Source: a virus | DNA: 64,000 nt | Strand: one strand, 5' to 3' | Virus record (IMG/VR): IMGVR_UViG_3300024265_000031 | Part shown: piece by piece, positions 9,198 to 19,980 of the stretch | Layout of the letters: each line of letters starts with the position of its first letter | Position numbering within the stretch: position 1 is the stretch's first letter | Notes under the pieces: model-generated | The model's input: the letters and a program-made list of their open reading frames with translations, nothing else | What the model was told of the DNA's origin: nothing | Database searches by the model: none | Translations under genes and position numbers: made by a program

Positions 9198-10553
9198 GTC
9201 ATTCCCAAGAAATCATAATGTCATATGTACCATGGTGACATTTATCTATAGAAACTTCCCAACCCATCATGGCACAATATGATTTAATTTGACATATTGT
9301 ATTGTCAGACATATAGACATCAAATAACCCGTAGTGGAATTTATCTTTGTTGGTTTGATATTCCATGATGCAACAAAGGGCATCGCCAATAAATTCCCTA
9401 TCTATAGATAAAATTTTCATTTCATCTACCAATCGTCACCTTGTTTTATCTCATTCAGCGCAACATTGGCCACTAACACAGCAAACTCTTGATCACTCAT
9501 TTCTTTAGCGATACAGATCAAATCTTTAATTGTAATATTATCTAAAACGTTATCGTTATACCAAAACCCCACTCCATAATTTTCACCCATTGCTAAAGGA
9601 TAAGGATATTTGGCAACTTCTATTTTTATTCCCAATGATAACGCTCTTAATATAATGCTGGCCCTGTGTATTAAAAGTTTAGTTGATTTTTCAGTCATTG
9701 TATTCCTTGTTTATATTACAAGTCTTGCATGCATCCATACAACAATCAGATCCATTGTACAAACATAAATCATTTTGATGATCCCAATCAAAAAAATTTG
9801 GAGCACAATAAAACCTACAAACTTTTATTGGTTGAGAAAAACTTTGCATGTTGAAAGATCCAGTAATTTCATAACAATACATTCCAACGGGCACATATTT
9901 CTTAGCGTTAAGCATTATTCTTGGATGAAAAATCATCCAAATCAACCTATAAATCCATCTATGAATCAAATAAAATCGGTATTTCATTTCAAACATTTTA
10001 TTTTTTTTCTTAAAATATAATTAAAATTTTCAATATGAACACCAACTATTTTCCGATCTTTTGATCTTCGAAGCCATGCCAATTCACCTTTTCCAAAATA
10101 AGATACTATAGTTTCTTCATATTTATTTGTCAAAAAAATTCGAAGAATGTCAGCATGTTTATCATATTGAATATGTTTTTTTATCCAATTCATGATTTTA
10201 TATGGCATTTATTTATTCTCTCCTTTTATAAAATTGTGGATGACTAGATGGATGTTCATGTAATCTAATTTTTTTTTCTCTAATTATAAATTTTCCCTTA
10301 ATGGTTTGCTTTTTTTTAGGTAGTCTAGACGGCGGAATATTTAATTCCATTTTATTATTTTCTTTAAAAATAAGATCCCAAAAAAATTCAAATACAAATA
10401 GAACTATATGAAAAGAAACATAATAAATAAAAGCAATTGCAAGGAATATGATAAGATATATGTCACCTAGATGTTTACGAATCTTTATCAATTTTTCTTA
10501 TTCCTTTTGTTTTCTCATTAATGACCCAAATAAAATGGTTCTTTTATTTAAAT

Positions 10554-11804
10554 TCATTGTGTTGTCAATATTTCTGTTCTAATCTTATCTAATATTTCTT
10601 CAATGTCCATATTCATCAATACCATATTTTGTATCTCTGCAATTGTAATATCTTCTCTTATATTAAATTCAATTTTAATTTCTTTATCAAAAAATTTGCT
10701 CAAAAAATCTTGTACCATTTCTCTAGTAGCATAACCAATTTCTACCTTCAAATCTATTCGACCTGGTCTAATAAGGGCAGAATCTAATTTTTCAACATGG
10801 TTAGTTGTAGATACTAAAATTCTTCCATGAGAAGAAAAAAATCCATCAATAGAATTCAAAATTCCAGATAAACCAATTTTATTTATATCATCAAACAAAC
10901 TATCTATTTCTTCTATTTCATTCTTGCCATTCTTTTTATTTGTTTTTTTCTTACGACTTTTTGTAAGATTGCTGGAATCAATGTCTTCGATAACAAGAAT
11001 AGCCCTATCAGGTAACTCGCTCACCGCACTTTCTATTTTCATTAAGCTTTGAGCCCCCAAATAAAAAATAGGATAGTTTAAATATGTTGCAATTGCTTTA
11101 ATCATGCTCGTTTTGCCAGTGCCAGGATGACCATGCAATAATATTCCCAATTGATAAGGTATTCCCATATCTATATACCAATCTTCTTTTTCAATAAATC
11201 TATCTAAACTATCAAATATTATTTTTTTCTTATTGCTCTCTAAAAAAACACTTTCGGGATTCCTTGAAGAAATATTTTTAACATAAGACCAATAAGAATG
11301 ATCCATTTTATATATTTCGATTCCCTCCTTTTGTGAAATCGAATCTGCATTTTTTACAAAACTTTTTAGAATATTTGAATTTCTTCCTAAACATGTTAGC
11401 TTCAAACTGTCTTTTTCATATTCAGTATTATTTGCGCTTTCTTTATCAATACGAACAATAATTATTCGTTTTTCATAAAGAATAAAATGAGTTCCATAAC
11501 CCATAGAAATAGTAATAGCTTTATCACCGCCATATCTTCCACTTGTAACTTTCAATCTTCTAAAATTTTTATCTCCATAATTATCTTGCAAAGTTTTTAA
11601 AATTTTATAATAAACAATATTGGCATTTGACATTTCAATATCGGTTGTAAAAAATCTTTTTATATTATTGATTATTGATAATGGAAGATCTTTAATCCAA
11701 AAAGTTATTATGCCAGCACCACTTAAACCAATAAGAGTTGTTAACAGTTGATTTTCCTCAATTTTTGCAATAATTGTTTCAATGATTTTTATAATGTCGT
11801 CCAA
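10554..11804 (-). CDS. BCS1-like AAA+ ATPase with N-terminal membrane anchor
   Basis: Walker A GHPGTGKT, Walker B VIEDID, LSGILNSIDG, TTNHVEKLDSALIRPGRID. Confidence 0.85.
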   Translation of the reverse strand: MDDIIKIIETIIAKIEENQLLTTLIGLSGAGIITFWIKDLPLSIINNIKRFFTTDIEMSNANIVYYKILKTLQDNYGDKNFRRLKVTSGRYGGDKAITISMGYGTHFILYEKRIIIVRIDKESANNTEYEKDSLKLTCLGRNSNILKSFVKNADSISQKEGIEIYKMDHSYWSYVKNISSRNPESVFLESNKKKIIFDSLDRFIEKEDWYIDMGIPYQLGILLHGHPGTGKTSMIKAIATYLNYPIFYLGAQSLMKIESAVSELPDRAILVIEDIDSSNLTKSRKKKTNKKNGKNEIEEIDSLFDDINKIGLSGILNSIDGFFSSHGRILVSTTNHVEKLDSALIRPGRIDLKVEIGYATREMVQDFLSKFFDKEIKIEFNIREDITIAEIQNMVLMNMDIEEILDKIRTEILTTQ

Positions 11805-13693
11805 AAAAATCTCCTATTGTCTCCAATAAAACTCTCTTTTATCTAATAATGTGTTACATATGTGGAGCTTAAACAAAAGGGACAATCGTAATATTTTTTA
11901 TCAAAGTGTTTTTTACAAGCGCCACAATAGCGATGGCTCTTGTGTTTCTTGCGATACTTTTTTATTTTTTTCCATATTTCCTTATCAGTTCTAGGTTGTT
12001 TCATTTTTCTCCAATAAAATCTCTCTTTTATCTATCCTATCTTGTTTACCCATTCATTGTATATCTCTAATGCAAAAAGATTGGTAGCGTCCTTCAAAAG
12101 AAATTCTAGTTCCATAATATCCTCTTCTAATTGATCAATTTTTTCTTTAAGTTTTTTGTTTTCATCCCATAAACGTTCATAGTCTTTATCTGAACACATT
12201 ATCTTTCTCCAACAAAACACACTTTTATCTAAAGGACTTCTGATACCACTTTAAACTTATAGCCACAAAAACACTTTATATGTCCATATTCTATTCGTGT
12301 TGAGCAAAGGTTTTCACCAATACTTTCACATTCAGGGCACACATAATACCATTTATTAACATTGGCATAATATTTACATATGCTTGCTTTTACTATTTTC
12401 ATTTTCTCCAAGATAAAACCTATGTTTTATCTTCTTAATTTTGCAAATCTTATTTCAAAAGAATCTTTATCTGTTGGCATAATTTTTTCTATCATCATAC
12501 CAAGAAGTCCTTTTCTTTTTATTAGAACAACGTGATCTAAAACTAAATCCTCCTCATTGTCATATCCACTAATATTTCCGTTGTTCCAAAGTTCGCCCAA
12601 TATTCCATCTTTTACCATATTCGCAAAATCTTGAATATCTTCTGTTGTATATTGATATATTTGCATTTTCATTTTTTCTCCATTGTATTTTTACACAATT
12701 CACAACTACAAATTGGTTGCCATCCTTCCATATCGCCAAATCTTTGAGCCATAGTTTCAAAAGTAATGGGTACATCATCAATGCTTTTATCCCTATAGGG
12801 CATCATATCTATCCAATCATCAATTTCCCAAGACCACGCTTTCCACATCATTGATTTTGCCTGAGTTGCATTTTTACCATGTACATGATCTCCCCATTCT
12901 TTATCAGGGTTGGCATATACAAAATATCCTTTATGTTTTGTCATATAAAATTCTTGTTTTATTTGTTCCCTATAAAATTTTTAAGTGTTCTAACTAATTG
13001 TTGTTTTGTATTGTTACTAATATTGAATTGATCATAGTCTTCATCCCATTCTGCAGGTTCTATTTCTTCAATGTCTTTTATCCATGTGCCAAATGTATCT
13101 GTACTTTTTTCATAGTTTTCATCAAGTGTCATATATACAATTTGAACTTCTTCATTTCTCCCATGTTCTAATTGTATTTTGCCTCTCAATGATGTAGTGC
13201 TACAAACTGTACCATCTTTAAAAAATACAGATATAGCACTTTTAACAATTTTTGAAGGTCTTCCGCACCCATCAGATAACCAAATTTTTTCTGTAACAGT
13301 ACGATAAAAATCCGTTCCTTTTTTATTTTTTGGCTTAGGAGCGCCACAAGCCCAACAACATCCTCTTTTAGTTGTAGCAGAATTGCTATCACACCATTCA
13401 CAATGAGTCCTGACTATTCCCTCTGATTGAATATAGTTTTCTTCTAGTCGCTGCAGTCTTTCTTCGATGGCATATCGCCAATCCTCAAATGACATATGTT
13501 TTGGGTATGGACTCGCTGATCCAAATACACATTGTAGATCTTCTGAACTAATAAATGATCCAACCAATGCATTTCCTGAAAGAACAAATGATCCAGCAGA
13601 TGACCCAGATGGTATATAATTTGCCATATCTTTTTCTATTGCCTCAGCTATGTTAGCCATTACCATTATTTCGCCTCAGATAAAAGACTTGTT

Positions 13694-15010
13694 TTATTGG
13701 TTCCAAATTTTTGCTAATTGTTTCGTATATTGTTTGTCATTAATGCAACGCCCAACTGGAATATAATTAATTCTAAGTTTATTAGATAATTCTTGGTCAA
13801 GAATTCGCCAAAAATCTATTACTGTAGTGTTTGGTAAAAAATCTTCTACAGTAAGAGATTTAAATACTGGATCTGGATTAGTAATTAACACAATGTTTGC
13901 TCGTTTTAAACAATATTTGAGCGAATTATATCCTTCCACCAAAGGATCATATCCAACAACCCGCACATCAATTCTATTTAATGCTTGCAACAAACTCATT
14001 GCTTGAGATTCTTCTGTTACTTGTGAATGTGGTTTATAAGCAAGTCCTAAAATAGCCACTGTTGTTTCTTTTGTTATCATAGGCATTAATTGATGAACAA
14101 TGCGACTAGGCAATAACCGATTCATTTGATCTGTTACTTCCGCTATTCCAGATTCAGAACCAATTGCATTTGCAAAATAACCCAACGCAAGATTGTCTCT
14201 TGGAAAACAAGGGCCACCATAGCCTAAAGCACCTTTCAAATATTTATTGCCAATACGCGTGTCAGCCCCTAGCGCATCAGTTACTATATCTACATTGCCC
14301 CCAGGAATACGTTCACATAAATCAGCTAACATATTTGCATAAGTTATTTTAGTAGTAACATAAGTATTCAAAGCCACTTTAGTTAGCTCTGCATTTTCCA
14401 AACTCATACGTTTACAGGGTGAATTGTTTTCCATAATTTCTGAATAAAATTTTTCAAGGTATCCACCGCAGCGTTTATCAAATTCTCCAATAAGGGTAAA
14501 ATCAGGATTGAGAAAATCTTGAATAATACTCCCCAAAGCAATAAATTCAGGGCTGTAACATAAGCCAAAGTGATTGCCGCATTTTTTACTTGATACTTTT
14601 TCTAAAATGGGTAACAGCCCAAACCGTGTTGCGCCAGGGAGAACCGTACTCGCCAATACAATATTGTGATATTCATTTTTATTTTTAAGAACTTCACCTA
14701 TTTGATAAAAAACTTCAGATACATATTCTAACGAAAAGGATCCGTTTGGATTACTGGGTGTGGGAACTATTACGAATGACAGATCTGAATTCATAATGGC
14801 ATCCGTATAGTCCTTGGTCGCCCTAATGCGAAGACTATTATCCGCTACAGTCTCTTCTAAGTTAGTCTCTTGTACGGGCGCATGTCCTGCATTAACTAAA
14901 TCTATTGTTTGTTGATTGTTATCAACGCCTATAACATTGAAACCTTTGCTTGCAATGGCTGCTGTCATGCTTGCCCCCAATTTTCCTAATCCGATGATTG
15001 ATATTGTCAT
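13694..15010 (-). CDS. UDP-glucose/GDP-mannose dehydrogenase family
   Basis: GLGKLG, VPTP, YSPEF, GYGGPCFPRD, GLAYKP. Confidence 0.92.
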   Translation of the reverse strand: MTISIIGLGKLGASMTAAIASKGFNVIGVDNNQQTIDLVNAGHAPVQETNLEETVADNSLRIRATKDYTDAIMNSDLSFVIVPTPSNPNGSFSLEYVSEVFYQIGEVLKNKNEYHNIVLASTVLPGATRFGLLPILEKVSSKKCGNHFGLCYSPEFIALGSIIQDFLNPDFTLIGEFDKRCGGYLEKFYSEIMENNSPCKRMSLENAELTKVALNTYVTTKITYANMLADLCERIPGGNVDIVTDALGADTRIGNKYLKGALGYGGPCFPRDNLALGYFANAIGSESGIAEVTDQMNRLLPSRIVHQLMPMITKETTVAILGLAYKPHSQVTEESQAMSLLQALNRIDVRVVGYDPLVEGYNSLKYCLKRANIVLITNPDPVFKSLTVEDFLPNTTVIDFWRILDQELSNKLRINYIPVGRCINDKQYTKQLAKIWNQ

Positions 15011-15026
15011 TTGTTTAATCTCCTAG

Positions 15027-15099
15027 AGAGGGTGGTGAGATTCGGACTCACGGCTTCCAATTTGGAAGAATGGCACTCTACCAACTGAGTTACACCCTC
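15027..15099 (-). tRNA. tRNA-Gly(TCC)
   Basis: CCATT-CT-TCC-AA-ATTGG; atypical T-loop GTCCGAAT. Confidence 0.82.
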
Positions 15100-15102
15100 G
15101 CA

Positions 15103-15175
15103 CTCCCACGCCTTGATTCGAACAAGGAACTTCAGTGTTAACAGCACCGTACTCTGCCAGTTGAGTTACATGGGA
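15103..15175 (-). tRNA. tRNA-Asn(GTT)
   Basis: CGGTG-CT-GTT-AA-CACTG. Confidence 0.9.
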
Positions 15176-15185
15176 TCTACCTATA

Positions 15186-15214
15186 ACTATACCATTAATT
15201 CATCATTCTGTCAA
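15186..15214 (-). promoter_or_regulatory. sigma70-type promoter for tRNA-Asn/Gly and the dehydrogenase
   Basis: TTGACA-17-TATAGT. Confidence 0.75.
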
Positions 15215-16180
15215 GGATAATTGATTAACTTGTTCCTCAATCCATGTATAAGTTCTTGTCAATCCATCTTCAAGAGATATTTGTGGCTCCCATCCAAGCA
15301 CTTCTTTTAGTCTAGTGTTATCTGAATTACGCCCTCTTACTCCTTGTGGCCCAGATATGTGTTCGTACTCCGCTTCAACATTGGCAATTTTACAAATAAT
15401 ATCCGCCAATCTATTAATACTTATTATGCGATCTTGTCCTAAATTGAGAGGAGGGTGATAGTTTGACATCATTAATTTATATATGCCTTCTATACAATCA
15501 TCAATATAGCAAAAAGAACGAGTTTGTTCACCATCTCCCCAGATTTGTATTGTGTAGTCGTTTCTTCGTTTTGCTAAAGCTACCTTGCGACATAGTGCAG
15601 CGGGTACTTTTTCTCGCCCGCCTCTCCAAGTTCCCATTGTTCCAAAAATATTGTGAAAACGAACAATCCGTGTTTCAAAACCATAATCAGAACGATAGCG
15701 CAAACACATTTGTTCACTTATTAATTTTTCCCATCCATAAGCATCTTGTGGTTGGGCTGGATACGCGTCATCTTCTTTAAGAGGAACAACCTCTTCGCTT
15801 TCTTGAAGATATTCTGGATATATACAGGCTGAAGATGTATAAAGATATCGTTCTACACCATTCAAGTATGCAGCATGAAGTGTGTGTGTATTGATAAGGC
15901 TGTTGTTGTGCAAAATTTGTGCATGATTACCAGAAATAAATCCCATGCCGCCCATATCGGCCGCTAAAGCATAAACATGGTCAACATTTCTAGTAGCTTG
16001 TAGACAATTATCCCACTTCCTTAAATCAAGTATTTCAAATATATCTGCTTTAGTGGTTTCAAACTTTGGATAATGAAGATCCACACCTCTTACCCAATAT
16101 CCCTTTGACTTGAGATCGTTAACGAGATGATGACCAATAAATCCACCAGCGCCAGTAACAAGAATATTTTTATTTTGCAT
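15203..16180 (-). CDS. GDP-mannose 3,5-epimerase-like NAD-dependent epimerase
   Basis: TGAGGFIG, LAADMGGMGFI, PQDAYGWEK, GREKVPAALCRK, GVRGRNSDN. Confidence 0.88.
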   Translation of the reverse strand: MQNKNILVTGAGGFIGHHLVNDLKSKGYWVRGVDLHYPKFETTKADIFEILDLRKWDNCLQATRNVDHVYALAADMGGMGFISGNHAQILHNNSLINTHTLHAAYLNGVERYLYTSSACIYPEYLQESEEVVPLKEDDAYPAQPQDAYGWEKLISEQMCLRYRSDYGFETRIVRFHNIFGTMGTWRGGREKVPAALCRKVALAKRRNDYTIQIWGDGEQTRSFCYIDDCIEGIYKLMMSNYHPPLNLGQDRIISINRLADIICKIANVEAEYEHISGPQGVRGRNSDNTRLKEVLGWEPQISLEDGLTRTYTWIEEQVNQLSLTE

Positions 16181-16544
16181 ATGATTCCTTAATAAGCCAG
16201 TTTGCAGCCATAATGATTATATCACCATGGCAAGGTAGTGGAGCACAATAACAAACTAAAGCACTATATTTACCTTTGCCCATATTATCAAGCAATTGAA
16301 TAACTTCTTCGTTTTTATTTTTAATCATTTTCCAAAGATGATGACGATATTTTTCAATAGTCTCATATCGCTTTCCTACAAATGGATTATGAAGAATGGA
16401 TTCGGTTAGATTATATTTAGTACTTCTTCTCCCAATGTATAACCAATCATTGCCATAGTCTTTATTTATTTCATCAATAGAAATATGTTTGAGATTCAAT
16501 AAAATTAACATTTTATTCTTATTTCTATATAAAACCATAGCCAA
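16170..16544 (-). CDS. DUF4326-like protein
   Basis: YIGR...NPF...CYCAPLPCHGD. Confidence 0.75.
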   Translation of the reverse strand: MAMVLYRNKNKMLILLNLKHISIDEINKDYGNDWLYIGRRSTKYNLTESILHNPFVGKRYETIEKYRHHLWKMIKNKNEEVIQLLDNMGKGKYSALVCYCAPLPCHGDIIIMAANWLIKESYAK

Positions 16545-18707
16545 ATAAATATCATAAACTCTTGTTTGCCTTTCATTAATTGTCTTTTATATCTCCAAGG
16601 GATAATGAAAAATTGTAAGTGGGGAGACCTACCTATTTTAATTTTCATTTTTTAAATCCTCCAAATAAAACTAATCTTTTATTTACGATGGATAATGAAG
16701 TAAAACATCCTTTATACCATCATTCAAATCTTCCATATTTTTTAATTTTGTTTCAAGTTTTTCAATGTGTTCACTCATTCTACGAATAACTTTTGCAACA
16801 GCAAAATCATTTATCCATTTTTGAGTTTTAATATGTGTGAGTACAACTTCCTCAAGGCGATTCAAATCATAAAGCAATCCATCAACTGGTTGGTTGAAAA
16901 TCAAATCATTAATGTCCACAGCAATAAGTTCATTAGTTGCTAATAGAACAACTTTATTTTCCTTTGCTTTATCAAGTATAAAATTTTTCAGATTCTCTAT
17001 TTTTTCTTTTTCACTCATATTTCTCCAAATAAAACTAAAATTTTGTTTAGTATCCATCTACTATCTCTATCAAATATGGGCCACGATGTCCATGCCAAGA
17101 TAAAGTTATACAGTGCCCCTCCTCTTCCATGAATTCAAGTAAGTCTTCAATGCTGCCCATTTCAATTGTCCATCCATTTTGTTCAAAATCTCTACTTATT
17201 TCTCCGTGTTCAACGCGATGATTTTTTCCTTCGATCCACCATTCAGAATCATCTTTTTTATAACATGGAATTTTCTTAGGATCGTCTACGCTTCTTGTAT
17301 CAGTATAGATTACAATTTCCCTTATTGCATTTTTACACGGACTTCTATCATCATCCATGCGATAGGATCTTCTTTCACAAATAAATTTCATGTTGTATTC
17401 TCAATAAAATGCATCCTTTATTTAAAATATAGTTCCCTTACTCTTTCATATTCATTGTCAGCTTTTGTTCTACCCTTTAGATAGGCTATTTCATATTCTA
17501 TTGCTTCTTTATCATCATAAATATATGGAATCGAAAACGGAGGCAAAGGTTCGACATTCTTATTCTCACAACGTTTCAACAATTTGAAATACCATCCCCA
17601 AACATTTTCTACTGTATATTTTTTTCTTTTCCAAAACATTATATTTTTTCTCCAATAAAATGAGTCTTTTATTTAAGCAAAAGAACAAATGCAAATCCCC
17701 ACCATACAAATAAAGTCACAGCAATAAATGGAGCACAAATTGGGTTTGGGTTCCCATCTTCATCTGTAAATGCCCACCAAATAATTATTGAAGGCCATAT
17801 AACAGGTAAAAATGGTAGCCATATTAATATTCGTAGTGCTTTTTTTATAATTTCCACAATAAAATCAGCCTTTTATCTCGTCAATAATGCCTTGTATCTG
17901 TCTCTGCGGGAATTGATTAGTATATTCACTGCCGCCACCTATTCGTTCTACAAAATGCAATATTGCATCAATTGTTTTTCTCAATCTTTCAATTTCCTTT
18001 TGCATTGCAGCAATGGATCCTCTTAGCTCCCCGTCTGGCGCTATGGTTTCTGTTTCCATAAATGCATTGGATAAATAATCGCTTTCAGATTTTAATTTCT
18101 TAATCTCTGCTTCAAGTTCGTCAATATACTTGCCAACAGCTTTCAAATCATTTCTGTTTATTATTCGTATCATTCATATCTCCAAGTAAAAACATTTTTT
18201 ATCTAGTAAACCTTGCTCTCTCTTGTTATATCCAAATACCAATGGTTTTCTTTAACCCATTCTTTTAATTTTTTGTTATCTGGTTCTATCAATTGCAGGA
18301 GAATTATCATAGTGTTGTTACAAACAATATTCCATTCTACATTGTGCAATTCATTGATTGCATCCCATGCTTTACATGCCTCTTTACTGTCAAGGCTTTT
18401 ACGCAGAGATTTATGTAACGTATAACCCAAAGTGCTTGATAAATCTTCTATCCTTTTTTCTATGTCATTCATAATTTCTCCAAATAAAACACATTTTTTA
18501 TCTAGTATGATTTAATATACCCAATTCTTAAACCAACCATTGGGAAAAATCCAATATAAACACACTGATCAGAAATATACATTCCAATCCAAATATCATA
18601 CCATTTAAAATATGGTTCAAAGAACCATATATAAGTCCACTCCTTTTTCTTGCTTTTCCAAGTAAAAAAATTTGTTTTCATACATTGCTCCAAATAAAAC
18701 GTGTCTT

Positions 18708-19229
18708 TTATCTTACAAAATCATGATACAACAATTGATCATACATAGCAACAATAAAATCTTGCCATTCTTGTAATTTATGACCCTTGCGTTGAGAAAT
18801 CATATGTCTCAATGCTTTATAATTAGTACAAACAATTCTTCTTTGAAGAAATGATTCGGGTAAAAGACTTTTAGCTTTTTTCAATTTGTTAATACTTATT
18901 AATTTATTTAAAATAATAAGTATGGATCCTGGTATTGTATTCGCAAAATCATTTTGATCTAATTGTCTTTTCATAAGCGTATGCATTGTACTCTCAGATT
19001 GCTTTGTTACGCCAACCCTGTAAGTATCAAACTCTTGCCACCAATACCTGGGAGCTACAATATCAATCCATACAACAATACTTTCTAAGAATTTATTATG
19101 TCCCCCATCTTTCATTGCAAGTTTTTTTGCAATTGCTCTGGCCCGTACAACTGTTTGATTGTAAGACAAAGAAATTCCCAACATTGCTTCATCACAACCA
19201 GCCTCTCGCAAAACAGTAAAAGTTGCCAT
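18708..19229 (-). CDS. ThyX-like (flavin-dependent thymidylate synthase fold) phage protein
   Basis: GHNKFLE..V..DIVAPRYWWQEFDTYR...SESTMH, LPESFLQRR..TNY. Confidence 0.55.
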   Translation of the reverse strand: MATFTVLREAGCDEAMLGISLSYNQTVVRARAIAKKLAMKDGGHNKFLESIVVWIDIVAPRYWWQEFDTYRVGVTKQSESTMHTLMKRQLDQNDFANTIPGSILIILNKLISINKLKKAKSLLPESFLQRRIVCTNYKALRHMISQRKGHKLQEWQDFIVAMYDQLLYHDFVR

Positions 19230-19407
19230 TATTTATCTAACACGTTCTTTTTAGCAATTTCAAAAATTTCTTTAAGCGAATCTCTCATTTCACTAATACT
19301 ATCATTATCAACCCATTGACATATATCATAAATCTCATCCCAGTTTTCTTCCATAATTTTTATATAATCTTTTAGTACTTCTAAATCTTCCTGCAATTCT
19401 TTAATAT

Positions 19408-19884
19408 TCATGCTCTTCTCCTTGCATAGGAAATTAAATAAGTTTTAGCCCATTTTTTCACTGCATTATCTGACACACCATATTTTTTACCCATTGCTAC
19501 CCAAGACATTCTTGATATGTCCTTTTGCAATTGTAGTTTGCTTGGTCTTCTAACTTTTCTACTGCCCCAAGCACGACATTTTTCACAACAATATTTTTTG
19601 TTATAAGTTTTAACATCGCATATGGCACAAACCCTGGGCGGCATCTTGTTTGGCTTCAATAAATGATGCCTATGATGTTCACCAGCATTCATTAATTCCA
19701 AATTATCTATAGAATTGTTTAATTTATTTCCATCTATATGATGAACATGTTCATTAGATTCTAAAATCCTTCCAAGTTTTTCATACATAATTAAACGATG
19801 TTTATATATTCTGCCTGTTGAATCTGCCATGGGATGATTTTTTATATGTACAGCTTCGTATCCATGACTTTTATCTATCCACAT
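19408..19884 (-). CDS. HNH endonuclease with C-terminal HTH
   Basis: HRL...VHHIDGNKLNNSIDNL...H; KKYGVSDNAVKKW. Confidence 0.85.
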   Translation of the reverse strand: MWIDKSHGYEAVHIKNHPMADSTGRIYKHRLIMYEKLGRILESNEHVHHIDGNKLNNSIDNLELMNAGEHHRHHLLKPNKMPPRVCAICDVKTYNKKYCCEKCRAWGSRKVRRPSKLQLQKDISRMSWVAMGKKYGVSDNAVKKWAKTYLISYARRRA

Positions 19885-19905
19885 TTTTTCTCCTTTTTAT
19901 TTCTA

Positions 19906-19980
19906 CAGGACGTAAGGGAATCGAACCCAAGATTGCCTACTGTTTTGGAGACAGTTATGCTACCATTACACCAACGTCCT
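19906..19980 (-). tRNA. tRNA-Trp(CCA)
   Basis: ACTGT-CT-CCA-AA-ACAGT. Confidence 0.9.

Larger units (their letters stand above)
7575..13666 (-). other. Array of small hypothetical ORFs separated by the palindrome
   Basis: About 18 short minus-strand ORFs, most with GGAG-type RBS; several have CxxC zinc-ribbon motifs. Confidence 0.75.
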
